A DNA stretch of 60,000 bases from a virus. The notes beneath the pieces were generated by a model. It had not been told where the DNA came from, ran no database searches, and was given only the letters and a program-made list of their open reading frames with translations. The stretch lies in the IMG/VR virus record IMGVR_UViG_3300025065_000002; one strand, given 5' to 3'. This document shows positions 45,501 through 54,905 of the stretch, in pieces; positions within the stretch are counted from its first letter, which is position 1, and every line of letters begins with the position of its first letter. A program made the translations under genes and the position numbers.

Positions 45501-46389
45501 TGTTACGGGTATTCCTAGGTCGGATATAAAGGTATCAATCCCAAGGGTATCGCCGCATACAATATGGTCGGTAAAAGAAGCTCCGGCTCAAGCTATTTTA
45601 AATCACGGAGCTATAGACCAGCTACACTATGTCGGAGAAAGGTTTGGCGGAGGCTCAGGTAGTTCGAGAGTGGGGCGCCCAAAAGTAGAAAGCACCATTC
45701 GGACGATTTATGTAGATAGCAATAAATCAAACCACTCTATTGTTAGTAACAGACATTCTATTGACTCAACAATAAGGATTGTTGACTGCTATGGGTTTAG
45801 GTTGGTTAGATTTGGTATTCCAAGTATTCCGTTTACACCGCAAGGCATAGAAATAAGAAGCGGAATACAGGCAACAGTCTTTGGTAGGCATAGCGTTGCC
45901 CCACCCCCTTATAACGGTCCTAGGTATTTGGAGCCACTAAGCTGGGAAAGCATGGTTTTCTCTAGGAGCAGTATAGATAACCTACATCGCCGCCTTTACG
46001 TTAAAGGCGAGGATTACTTGCTATTAGGTAAAAGCGTTGGCGGCGATAAGCCGTTTATGTGGCAAGGCTTGAGAATTGGCGAAAGAATACCTACGTCTAT
46101 TGGCGCTGGGGACACCTCTTTATTAGGATCTGCAACCATAGGTCTTTTGATAAGAGGTATTGAGCCACAAGGATTGCTAGGCTTCTCCAGTGGTTATGAT
46201 TTGGAGAGTTTTTATGAGCGCATGACGGTTGTTAATTCATATAAATACATACCTGATCAAAAAATTATCAGCGAAGCAACCATACCGTCACCCGGAGATA
46301 TGCCGACACCGGACGTGAGGTTAGGTCAAAGGATTATTACTCCGGACGGCAACTCAGATCAATTCAGAAAAGGAGGCTATCATGCCTAG
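42544..46389 (+). CDS. 1,281-aa repeat-rich virion protein (tail fibre/baseplate-like)
   Basis: Dozens of degenerate repeats with an (F/Y)G...alternating hydrophobics...G pattern, e.g. AFGYASLARGDRVLAV, YGTQTIWFHTRALLPTG, GYGDTNIWFKNRVVEHYG and RHGVAWISFSNRVVSV. Confidence 0.78.
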   Translation: MSDNAYTNDYPLDFTQVLSEVGDDLNFAPDNLLFIDPIGITTSAFGYASLARGDRVLAVTGFDALNIPTANIDFNNLSGSSSLDFNKTLTLGDTTLNFGSDDKSHKLFIQPLGFESTLLPLPFLESSIRYITGSGFYSQTTGTPAAANLNKYLFSSAIPSSLSFGSSKIFNNALVLKPNSIDSLDYGKAAIYNLKQYLRHNQSYSNDELYGKPSLGGGVRPLLPTGLLSTLLGKIDVKNPTEDQLLKPTGINSLKIPEHTLSPRMVYADGFYKPKTGSPSVRISGMSVSGFAGTYYGTQTIWFHTRALLPTGVVGFLTGSPRVFDPTQFVSPPSSVQSAVFGDIAIRNKSKIARPLGIIAGTVSPWSLVENYNRSYLAQGIYSQLFGSINVANKTPSIFTESIEGKAAGVPAIGYRLRQVKPSGFDRLALGSAKLIKSPELSALGIDAAGYGDTNIWFKNRVVEHYGVDYQTLGTPTTWFRYRYYKPKAWRSDSYGYPVLTHGNRGIDARGFVNDRHGVAWISFSNRVVSVKHINNVFPSTHKVGGTQTINTDGYIATLFGERIIPESMTLYPLGFTGVFGTADTKLATMFISPWGYISVGDQYSDRWGLADTYNLTQYITQEYDFDSGLVPPKWSEWTLIENRDKSIGAVGSLFQKFGYSSIYNNAAPLLPVGIGEPASSTKNTFVSHDKRSLPLIGIEPPVISTWSSIYNAARVITTHGDSHSFYGQPFTESNRRYYKDIGRIDDLVLGDPMIAYRIRGIDIESRHSIAPPQINLPTFDLWARYLSLSGGDTSSYGLSVLTIQLRNIAPSWAHRDKYGQPVLKNVTPELGVYGHDSSEFGTNSLRTEWRYVQAVGDSISLFGGASISDRRLFIDIRGWRSSQVNTKAQLVKTESNPNTLQYIWLSDESGSAGGEGYGIFFDENILGKRVPWPSLNQNVLYPKGIKVDGYGLAFTWSNNIVIESGIAIDGVPKTLTVSNYSNKIAVTGIPRSDIKVSIPRVSPHTIWSVKEAPAQAILNHGAIDQLHYVGERFGGGSGSSRVGRPKVESTIRTIYVDSNKSNHSIVSNRHSIDSTIRIVDCYGFRLVRFGIPSIPFTPQGIEIRSGIQATVFGRHSVAPPPYNGPRYLEPLSWESMVFSRSSIDNLHRRLYVKGEDYLLLGKSVGGDKPFMWQGLRIGERIPTSIGAGDTSLLGSATIGLLIRGIEPQGLLGFSSGYDLESFYERMTVVNSYKYIPDQKIISEATIPSPGDMPTPDVRLGQRIITPDGNSDQFRKGGYHA

Positions 46390-47560
46390 TCAAAGTTTTA
46401 TGCCATGTCGCGGTATCGATAACACCAGTGAAGATGCCGCGATGGTACAAGGTGGCCGCGAGCCATTCGTTTATATGCGCGATGTGGTGAACGCCAATGT
46501 CACGCCAGCTGGCAAGATAGATATGATTGCCAGTGGTGGAAAAGTGACTGACAGCCCTTATAAGGATATGTGGCAAAGCCCACTACATAAAGACGTGTTT
46601 GCACTATATGTTAATGACTGGGTAAAGGTGAAGATAGAAGGTAATAGCTGGTCGCATGAAACGCTTGCGACTATCGGTGATGGTGATGTATCTCATACGG
46701 TACTAAACAATCTAGTCGTGGTAGCTGGCAAGTATGGCTTATACACTTATGATGGTCATCTAGCGATACCGCTAATTACCCAAACACCGCCGCCGCCATT
46801 CTTAGCCACATTGATAGCAGACCACACCCGAACAAGAAGCATCGCTATATCCTGGTTGCGTGGCTCGATGGAGTCTAGCTTGTCTAGTTATGTGTCGATG
46901 GGTACAGATGGTGACATAGTACTACCTATGGTGACAGACCCTAATGTGACTGGCGTGAATATCTATGCTACCAATGTCGGCGGTACTGACATTCAGTTAG
47001 CAGGGACAGTCAATCGTGACGCTACCAGCTTTACTATTACTGCCGATCATAAACTTGGTATGGCGGCACAGTTCGCCCATCTATCGCCTATGCCTACCGG
47101 TAAATTTTTATGCTACTGGCGTGGTCGACTAATTACTGCAACTGCAAACGTCATTCGTTTTTCTGAACCACTGGCCTACCACTTGCATGATGAACGCCAC
47201 GGCTTTATTCAGACCAGCCAGCGTATCACCTTTATTCAGCCAGTCGAGAATGGCTTGTGGGTTGGTCAGTCTGATCATGTGATATTTATATCTGGCACCA
47301 GTCCTGAAGATATGACCATCTCCATTAAGAGCGCACAAGCTCCCATACCAAACAGCGCGATACAGATACCAAGCAATGATATTGGTGAGGCGAGCGAGGG
47401 CGGCAGCTTAGTAACTGTATGGCTGGCAAGTAACGGTTATGTGGCTGGCAGCAGTGCTGGACAGATAATTGAGTACCAAGCTGGGCGCATTAGTAATATC
47501 AGCGCTCAGTCTGGCACTACTGTAAGGTTCGACCGAAGGCTTGTCACAGCGGTAAACTGA
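46382..47560 (+). CDS. Virion structural protein
   Basis: AAGGAGG RBS and an 8-nt overlap with the upstream gene. Confidence 0.7.
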   Translation: MPSQSFMPCRGIDNTSEDAAMVQGGREPFVYMRDVVNANVTPAGKIDMIASGGKVTDSPYKDMWQSPLHKDVFALYVNDWVKVKIEGNSWSHETLATIGDGDVSHTVLNNLVVVAGKYGLYTYDGHLAIPLITQTPPPPFLATLIADHTRTRSIAISWLRGSMESSLSSYVSMGTDGDIVLPMVTDPNVTGVNIYATNVGGTDIQLAGTVNRDATSFTITADHKLGMAAQFAHLSPMPTGKFLCYWRGRLITATANVIRFSEPLAYHLHDERHGFIQTSQRITFIQPVENGLWVGQSDHVIFISGTSPEDMTISIKSAQAPIPNSAIQIPSNDIGEASEGGSLVTVWLASNGYVAGSSAGQIIEYQAGRISNISAQSGTTVRFDRRLVTAVN

Positions 47561-47591
47561 CTGAACCAACAATATGTCTTTGGAGACAGTC

Positions 47592-48182
47592 ATGACCCAC
47601 GAAAAGCAAGCAGCAATCAAGATACTAGCAGCCGCAATGGCAGCTGCTCAATACTCGGAAAATAGCGATGGCAGTATTACTACTAAAGGTGGTATTACTG
47701 CTAAGGGTGAATACTATGACCGCATCAATGGCGGCGAGTGGACACGTACTGAAAACCTTATCCCAACCGAAGGTTTGGCGCACATTCTAAACGTCGCGCT
47801 TGGCACTACGCCAAAACCTGCCAGCTACCATTTAGCGCTATTTTCAGCCGCAGCTCAACCAACCGCTAACTGGACAGCTGCAAGCTTTGCTAGTACCGCA
47901 AGTGAAATCGTCAGTATGACTGAAGGTTATAGTGCCGCAACTCGCCCAACGTGGACGCCTGCCAACACTGCTACCAATTCTATTGACAACATGGCAGCCG
48001 TTGCAAAAGTTACCATGCGAACCGCAAGCAGCTTGACGGTACAAGGCGCAGCCATGCTGACCAATAGCAGTAAAGGCAGTACCGCTGGCGCGCTCATTAG
48101 TGCTAGTAAGTATGCAGCGCCTCGCGTCTTTCAAGATGGTGATACCTACGAGATTGGCTATCGTATCAGCCTGACGGTGTAG
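47592..48182 (+). CDS. Virion structural protein
   Basis: The track ORF starts at 47574. ATG 47592 has a GGAGA RBS. Confidence 0.62.
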   Translation: MTHEKQAAIKILAAAMAAAQYSENSDGSITTKGGITAKGEYYDRINGGEWTRTENLIPTEGLAHILNVALGTTPKPASYHLALFSAAAQPTANWTAASFASTASEIVSMTEGYSAATRPTWTPANTATNSIDNMAAVAKVTMRTASSLTVQGAAMLTNSSKGSTAGALISASKYAAPRVFQDGDTYEIGYRISLTV

Positions 48183-48189
48183 GTGAGTT

Positions 48190-50769
48190 ATGCACCAGCC
48201 GCGCCCTTACGGGTTACACGTCATTGGCTTGCCACTAACTGATAAAGATGAAGCTTTTATCGGATCAGTAGCAAAGCGTATTACCAACCTCAAAGAACTA
48301 TCTAAGGTTGATAGTATTAAGATGGTGTATGACTTGCCGGACGGCGGCTATGTAATTGTGCAAGATATGGGTAGTAACTTTCGAGTCATTGCCCATAAGC
48401 CGGAATTAATAAAAGACATGCTCGCTAGTGGCATTGCGACTTACTATATACCTATGATTTACTCAGGGGTAATTACAAACGCAATAGCCTTGAAAGGTCA
48501 CGGCGTAGGCTTGCGCCTTACTGATGCAACCCTACTCAGACTTGCTGGTTACGATATCAATAAAACTTCAAAAGAAAAAGAGGTTCAATTAAGGCGATTT
48601 GTTGTTGAGTACGACGGTAGGTTTGGGGAGCTCAAACCATTAAACCCGTCGTCGTCACTTGTGGTGACTCAGTACGCCCAGCTTAGACCGACGTGGTATT
48701 CAGGTGCAATGGCTGAAGTGGTCCAAATTATAGGCGGTTACGGGCGACAAGACATCAACAACCTTCCAGCTGGCGAGTTTGAGCAAGCTCAGTTCGTACT
48801 ACCTAAAACCATTGAAGATAAGATAAAAGATGAAATGGGTGCTTATAGACTGCCAGGTTATACGGGCATGCCTAGTAGAGATGGTGGTATTAAGTATGAT
48901 TATAAATTTAATAATACGAACAGCATAGGTTTTGATGATAAAAATAAACCATGGCTTCTTAATATAGACTCTAGTGGCGTTTGGGCTATGCCACTTCCTA
49001 TTATACCGGCGACAACTACTCCAACATTTAAAGCTTATATTGCAGAAATGGGCGACGAGGAAGTTTTAAAGGTAGTTGATAGGTTTGGCGGTTTACCGAG
49101 TGGAGAGGCGTTTCCTACAGGGAAGGCTTTCCAAGCCTGGCGCCGCGCTGGAGTTGTCATAAAGGTGTGTGATACATCTGATTTTTACAGTCATATCGCT
49201 TATAGCAGTGCGTGCGGTTGGGCGGTAAACGACAGAGGGACAGAGGGTTATAATACGTGTTATGACTATATGGACGACGACGGCATAGGACTAGGGTTTA
49301 CCTACAAGCTTAGCTTATCCTTAAAAAACACGATTGATTATAAAGGATCCCCACTACGAGATTACGATAACTCTAATTATCAGCAAGCGGTGGTTAGCGC
49401 TTATATGCGATCACTGGTATCTGTAGTCAACAAAGGAACAGAAGAAGACAGAGCTATACTTTATAAGATAAGCAGATCTAGTGTGGCTGATATTTACAGC
49501 AGGGCGATAGTCACTGAGGGCAAAGATGATTATGCTTACTGGGATAATTTAGAACACGCGCCTATATCTAAACACGAAGGTCGTGTTTCAGAGGTTTATA
49601 GAGGGTACTTATATCACTTTTTAGACAAAAAATTTCAGCCGCAAATAAAATTCCCTGAGCCACTGTTAGGCGGCTGCGTATCTCACGACTTTCTACCTCT
49701 TAGTGGACGTAATAGGCAGAACCCCCCTAACAGCGACACGATTATGTTTGCATACTACATTGGGGATAGCTTGAATGTGGTTAAGTATTTCGTAAACTGG
49801 GATAGCATGATTAGGGGATCTGAGGATAATTTTGAGCGCGATATGACTGTGGGTAATTGGAGTAGGAAAGAGTACATCGGTAGCACAAAAATACAGGGGT
49901 TTTTCTATACTACTGATATCGACGAGCGTGAACTTATCGCTATCAGAGAAACCAATACTACAATAGTTGGCGCAGACAAGGGCTACGGAGGCAAGCCGAA
50001 ATTTGGTTACGATGGTCTTTTTCATATGTGCGGGACGATGTATAGAGACAGATACTACACCCATCAAAAAACGATTGTTACCGACTCTGGCAAGACGTTA
50101 GATATCGCTATATGTATTCCATACCTAGGTAGAAGCTCAATTATAAGCGCAAAAAAGACCACCATTTCCAGTCAAACCACTGTGAAGTCGCTAGATTTGT
50201 TAAGCAGGCGCGACCCAACATCTTATAGGTATTACACCTTTGATTTTGGTTTAGCGTATTTATCGATGACCATTAAAAACCCTAAAGGGCGACCAGAGCC
50301 TTGGGATGGTTACCCCGTATGGGTTGAGGAGATAAGATACCAGCCTTATGACGGCAGTGATTTTGCAGATAACGGACCGTGGCTTCCAGCTCTGCCTTAC
50401 GATGCAACATCTATTGTTAATCCTGACGGTAATACATGGGTTCAGAACTTTGGTGGTGAAAACCCCACGGCTGATGTGTATAGAATAAGCACTGAGCAAC
50501 AGTCTGTAACTACAGGGAACATCAAGGTTAGTTTGTTGAGTCCGTCCACAGTGCTAAGAAGTGTTGTTGCTGATTACGGGCACTTTGAAACATCACCTAA
50601 CGAGGTTGGTACTGTTTTTTATCGAGAGATGAGCGCTGTTGTTTTTGGAGACTCCGACTACCGTAGCGTTTCGGAGCCTGACGAAAGATCGGCGCGAGCA
50701 TACAAAGGCTACTCTAAGCTAGCTGATAGCAAATCAGCACATCATTTTATTGGAGTGATTAATGAGTAA
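48190..50769 (+). CDS. 859-aa virion protein (tailspike/receptor-binding candidate)
   Basis: A large late ORF with an AGGTGA RBS. I recognised no motif. Confidence 0.7.
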   Translation: MHQPRPYGLHVIGLPLTDKDEAFIGSVAKRITNLKELSKVDSIKMVYDLPDGGYVIVQDMGSNFRVIAHKPELIKDMLASGIATYYIPMIYSGVITNAIALKGHGVGLRLTDATLLRLAGYDINKTSKEKEVQLRRFVVEYDGRFGELKPLNPSSSLVVTQYAQLRPTWYSGAMAEVVQIIGGYGRQDINNLPAGEFEQAQFVLPKTIEDKIKDEMGAYRLPGYTGMPSRDGGIKYDYKFNNTNSIGFDDKNKPWLLNIDSSGVWAMPLPIIPATTTPTFKAYIAEMGDEEVLKVVDRFGGLPSGEAFPTGKAFQAWRRAGVVIKVCDTSDFYSHIAYSSACGWAVNDRGTEGYNTCYDYMDDDGIGLGFTYKLSLSLKNTIDYKGSPLRDYDNSNYQQAVVSAYMRSLVSVVNKGTEEDRAILYKISRSSVADIYSRAIVTEGKDDYAYWDNLEHAPISKHEGRVSEVYRGYLYHFLDKKFQPQIKFPEPLLGGCVSHDFLPLSGRNRQNPPNSDTIMFAYYIGDSLNVVKYFVNWDSMIRGSEDNFERDMTVGNWSRKEYIGSTKIQGFFYTTDIDERELIAIRETNTTIVGADKGYGGKPKFGYDGLFHMCGTMYRDRYYTHQKTIVTDSGKTLDIAICIPYLGRSSIISAKKTTISSQTTVKSLDLLSRRDPTSYRYYTFDFGLAYLSMTIKNPKGRPEPWDGYPVWVEEIRYQPYDGSDFADNGPWLPALPYDATSIVNPDGNTWVQNFGGENPTADVYRISTEQQSVTTGNIKVSLLSPSTVLRSVVADYGHFETSPNEVGTVFYREMSAVVFGDSDYRSVSEPDERSARAYKGYSKLADSKSAHHFIGVINE

Positions 50770-52147
50770 CTATAGAGACGACAATCAAGACACAGCGATT
50801 GCCAGCAGCAAAACTTTTGGTGGTCTGCGTGCCGTAGTCGATGAAGTGCTGCGCGTATCGGACGCCCTGCTTTTTGGTATTGCTATTACCGTATCTAGTA
50901 GCACCCTTGCCAGCGATGAGGTGATTGATAGCAGTATTCAAGTGTTGCATGACAGCGCTTTAATATCTGAACACGTAACAGATACCAAAGTAGCAAGCCA
51001 ACTACACATCGATAGCGCCAAAGCGAACGAGCAATACCTACACGGTCTACTGGCGGTGCAATCTGATAGCGCTACGGCCATCGATGAGATACTAAGTGGT
51101 AGCACGCGCTCGATTACCAATGACAGTGCCCAAGTATCTGACAGCACAACCAGCCAGCGCATTGTCACGCACTTAGTCACTGATAGCGCACGCGCCACAG
51201 ACAGTATCACAGCCATTGAGCGTGACCTGATTATCGATAGCCTGTTTATTGCTGATGGTGCCACCGATAAGCTGCAAGCGGTGCAATTAATCAGTGATAG
51301 TGCTGGCGCGACCGATAGCGCTATTGGCAGTATCGCAACCCTTATTACAGACAGCGCCTTTGCTTATGGGCAGCCATTCACGCAGCGCAATGTCACAAGT
51401 TTTGTGGCAGACAGTACACCTATCAGTGACCAACTGCTATTCAATCGTGCTGATATTATCATCGATGATGTAGCTATCAGTGACACGACTACTGGTAAGT
51501 TTGGTGCTACCGGCACGTTGATTGATACCGCCGTCATTAGCGATACCGTCCTTGATAGTATTATTCAAAACGCTGTCATCATGGATAGTATTGCTATCAC
51601 TGACGAGGTGATAGATAAGCTCGATGCCATGGTATTGATTATCGATGGCGCAGTGATTGAAGATAGCGTGCTTAGTAGTGGCGGCGCCCAAGGTCAAGCA
51701 TGGACAGCAAACGTCGATAGCTGGGCAATGAGCCGTTACAATCCTTACAATTACAATCGCTTGGTCGTTATCAACGGCGTGCTATATGGTGAAGCTGATG
51801 ATGGTATCTATCGCCTTGACCAAGAAGTAAGCGCAGTAACGGCCATTGTTAAAACTGGCAAGATGGATTTAGGGCGTGGTCAACTCACGCATCCAGCAAG
51901 CGCCTATCTTGAGTATGAGCTAAACGGCGGTGCCAGTATGACGGTACATAGCACCCAAAAGGGTATAGAGCAGCAATATACCTACATGCTACCAAACGAG
52001 CTGGCTGGCAAGCTGACCAATGGCCGCTTTATCTTTGGTCGCGGATTGCGTGGCCGTCACTTTGCTTTTGAATTAATCATGATCGGTACGCATGGGCATA
52101 TCAATGACCTGACTATCGAGCACTTACCAACCAGTCGGAGAGTATAA
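50762..52147 (+). CDS. Virion protein with about 13 (I/T/S)DSAxxxD repeats
   Basis: HDSALISEH, IDSAKANEQ, SDSATAIDE, NDSAQVSDS, TDSARATDS, SDSAGATDS, ... IDTAVISDT, MDSIAITDE. Confidence 0.72.
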   Translation: MSNYRDDNQDTAIASSKTFGGLRAVVDEVLRVSDALLFGIAITVSSSTLASDEVIDSSIQVLHDSALISEHVTDTKVASQLHIDSAKANEQYLHGLLAVQSDSATAIDEILSGSTRSITNDSAQVSDSTTSQRIVTHLVTDSARATDSITAIERDLIIDSLFIADGATDKLQAVQLISDSAGATDSAIGSIATLITDSAFAYGQPFTQRNVTSFVADSTPISDQLLFNRADIIIDDVAISDTTTGKFGATGTLIDTAVISDTVLDSIIQNAVIMDSIAITDEVIDKLDAMVLIIDGAVIEDSVLSSGGAQGQAWTANVDSWAMSRYNPYNYNRLVVINGVLYGEADDGIYRLDQEVSAVTAIVKTGKMDLGRGQLTHPASAYLEYELNGGASMTVHSTQKGIEQQYTYMLPNELAGKLTNGRFIFGRGLRGRHFAFELIMIGTHGHINDLTIEHLPTSRRV

Positions 52148-52148
52148 G

Positions 52149-54836
52149 ATGGCCTTAACCATTAGAGGCGCGATAGCAGACAATATGCTATACCGAGCCA
52201 CGGACACCGTGGTTGAAAAGATAAAAGACTTGGATAGCCTATCAAGACGCTACAACAATGAGTTGTCAGTGGCGCTAAGTGACATTGGCGATATTACGAT
52301 TGCCGATATACCAGCACCGATTAGACCGCAAGTGCCAGAAGCAGTAGTACCAACCTATGATATCGGCGCATTCCCAACATTCGACCCTGCCAGCCTAACC
52401 ATTCCTGCCATGCCCAACATGACGGACATTGATAGGTTTTTAAGCAATCTTGATGTGTCAGACTTGGGGCCAGAACCCGAAGCACCAGCTGAGATATCTA
52501 TCACGCCGCCACAAGCACCCGAGCTTGAACGGGTAGACCTGCCAGCACGCCCAGATATTGTGACCACGGTTGCCTTCCCTGATGCACCGACTATCGACCC
52601 GATTGTCATGCCAGAGCGCAATCAAACGACAATCACGATAGACATTCCTGACTTGCCATCGATTGATGCGGTCGCAGCGCCCGATAGACCAAACGTTGAT
52701 TTAAGCGTCAATATGCCATCCGCGCCAACGCTTACTGAGCACGACGCACCCAATGAGCCGGACTTTGATACCAGTGTTGTACTGCCAACGCTTGATGCTA
52801 TTGATAAGCTGAACGCGCCACAGCGACCTGACGTTGATGTCAATGTAGACATGCCAGCAGATTTTGATTTGGTACTGCCAGAGCTAGCACAGCTCGAAGC
52901 ATTAAAGATTGATGATTTTGTGATGCCCGACTTGAATCTGCCGGACATGCCAAACGCTGACCATCAATTTGATGAGATGGATTTTAACGAGGACTGGTGG
53001 CAAGAGCCGCCCGCTTACGATCATCCGCTGTATGACGACCTGATAACGGTTGCCAGCGACATGCTCAATAAGCCTGAAAACTTTGGTTTACCTGAAGCAG
53101 TGGTACGTGCTTTGTTTGATAAGCCACGCGAGCGTATCAGCGCCGAGGTTGAGCGCAGTGTACAAGAAGCGACTAATACTTGGGCAGGTCGTGGGTTTAG
53201 CATGCCGCCTGGTATGCTAGCCAAGCAAGTGAACGTCGCAAGACAAGAGGGGCAGCTACGTGTCGCTGATTTAAACCGTGATGTATTCATGGAAGCCAGT
53301 AAGATGCAAATCGATGCGCTAAAATTTGCGGTCGAGAAAGGCATGGCGCTGGAACAAGCAACCTATAACCGCTGGCTTGATACCACCAATCGACTATTTG
53401 AAGTGGCCAAGTACAATGTCGAGGCAAATTTTCGCTTGTACGAGTATCAATTCACCATTTTTAATGCGCAAAACGAAGGCTTTAAGATACTGGTCGATAC
53501 TTATAAGACCAAGCTTGATATGTTCGTCAGTAAAATCAGGCTGGAGATTGAGAGTAAGGTCGCCCAAGGTCAGCTGAACGCGCAAGAGCTGGAAGTCTAT
53601 AAAGCAAAATTGGCTGGTGCGGCCGCTGATGGTGAGCTGTTTAAAACCAAGATGCTTGCCGTACAAATGCGTGTCGATATTATCAAGGCGCAGTTTGATG
53701 TCTATAAAACCGATATGCAGGCTTATGCTGAGCAGCTTGGCGCTGAACGTCTAAAACTTGAGAAGTATGATATTGAAATGCGCGGCGCTCAAACTAAGGT
53801 TGGTATCGCCCAGACGCAAGCGGATATCTACGCCAAACGCATACAAGCCTATGGTGGCAAGCTCGATGGCGAACGCTTAAAGCTTGAGCTGTATAAAGCC
53901 AGTATCGATGGTGAGCAAGCCAAGTTAGGAGTGGCACAGACGCAAGCACAGATATACGGCACTGACATTCAAGCTTACACTGCCAAGCTTGGTGGTGAAA
54001 AGGTCAAGCTTGAGATGCACGAGGCGGCGCTACGCGGCGAAGCTATCAAGGCCGGTATTATGCAGACCGAAGCTGGTATCTATGAAACCGATGTACGGGC
54101 AGCACTGGCACAATCAGAGTCCGGTAAGCTTATGCTTGCCAGCTTTGAGGCGCAGATTAAAGCCAAGCAAGCTGAGCTTGGTATTGGTGAGACGCAGGCA
54201 AGAATATACAGCAGTGATATCGATGCGTACAAAGCCCAGAATGACGCGCAGAAAGTGAAGTTTGACGCCTTTGATAGTCAAGTAAAAGCGGAAACCGCTA
54301 AGGCTGAAATCTATGACAGCACCGTAAGAGCGTTTGCCAGTCGCGTACAAAGCTATGCTTCAAAAAATGATGTCAAAGTTAAGCAGGCGCAGATTAATAT
54401 TGATGCCGCTCGCGCTTATGTAACCACATACCTTGCGGATGTTGATGGGTTTAAAGCAGAGCTGCAAGCAGGGCTTGGTGAGGTGCAATACAATACACAG
54501 GTATTCCAAGCGCAGGTTGAGGGCTGGCGCGCACAAGTGGCGGCCAATACTGCCGACAGTGAGATGCAATCACGCTATGCGGATATGAACACGCGCACCA
54601 ACTTGGCTTATGCTGAGATGCAGATGAGCGAGTACAATGCCAAGGTCAGTCAAGCGCAGGAGCAAGCACGTATCGCGCTAGAGGCGGCTAAAGCTACTGG
54701 TCAATATACCGCACAGCTTGCAGCAGGGGCAATGAGTGCCGCGCACGTATCAGCGAGTATTAGCGGCTCAGGTAGTGCGGGCATCTCGTCGAGCGATAGC
54801 GAAAGTGAATCAACCAGTCATAACTATAGTTACTAG
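52149..54836 (+). CDS. 895-aa internal/ejection-type protein with Pro-Asp-rich N-terminus and 42-aa tandem repeats
   Basis: The N-terminal half has many short P..D-containing segments (e.g. PDRPNVDLSVNMP, PQRPDVDVNVDMP). From about 53717 to 54350 there are repeats with a 126-nt period (QAYAEQLGAERLKLEKYD..., QAYGGKLDGERLKLELYK..., QAYTAKLGGEKVKLEMHE...). Confidence 0.78.
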   Translation: MALTIRGAIADNMLYRATDTVVEKIKDLDSLSRRYNNELSVALSDIGDITIADIPAPIRPQVPEAVVPTYDIGAFPTFDPASLTIPAMPNMTDIDRFLSNLDVSDLGPEPEAPAEISITPPQAPELERVDLPARPDIVTTVAFPDAPTIDPIVMPERNQTTITIDIPDLPSIDAVAAPDRPNVDLSVNMPSAPTLTEHDAPNEPDFDTSVVLPTLDAIDKLNAPQRPDVDVNVDMPADFDLVLPELAQLEALKIDDFVMPDLNLPDMPNADHQFDEMDFNEDWWQEPPAYDHPLYDDLITVASDMLNKPENFGLPEAVVRALFDKPRERISAEVERSVQEATNTWAGRGFSMPPGMLAKQVNVARQEGQLRVADLNRDVFMEASKMQIDALKFAVEKGMALEQATYNRWLDTTNRLFEVAKYNVEANFRLYEYQFTIFNAQNEGFKILVDTYKTKLDMFVSKIRLEIESKVAQGQLNAQELEVYKAKLAGAAADGELFKTKMLAVQMRVDIIKAQFDVYKTDMQAYAEQLGAERLKLEKYDIEMRGAQTKVGIAQTQADIYAKRIQAYGGKLDGERLKLELYKASIDGEQAKLGVAQTQAQIYGTDIQAYTAKLGGEKVKLEMHEAALRGEAIKAGIMQTEAGIYETDVRAALAQSESGKLMLASFEAQIKAKQAELGIGETQARIYSSDIDAYKAQNDAQKVKFDAFDSQVKAETAKAEIYDSTVRAFASRVQSYASKNDVKVKQAQINIDAARAYVTTYLADVDGFKAELQAGLGEVQYNTQVFQAQVEGWRAQVAANTADSEMQSRYADMNTRTNLAYAEMQMSEYNAKVSQAQEQARIALEAAKATGQYTAQLAAGAMSAAHVSASISGSGSAGISSSDSESESTSHNYSY

Positions 54837-54842
54837 CCAGCG

Positions 54843-54878
54843 CAAAAACAAAAGCCCTGCATGATTGCGGGGCTTTTT
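54843..54878. terminator. Bidirectional intrinsic terminator
   Basis: An A-run, then stem agccctgca / tgcggggct (9 bp with one G-U), loop tgat, then a T5 run. Confidence 0.75.
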
Positions 54879-54905
54879 ATTGTCAAAAATTAATACTTAG
54901 CGCGT

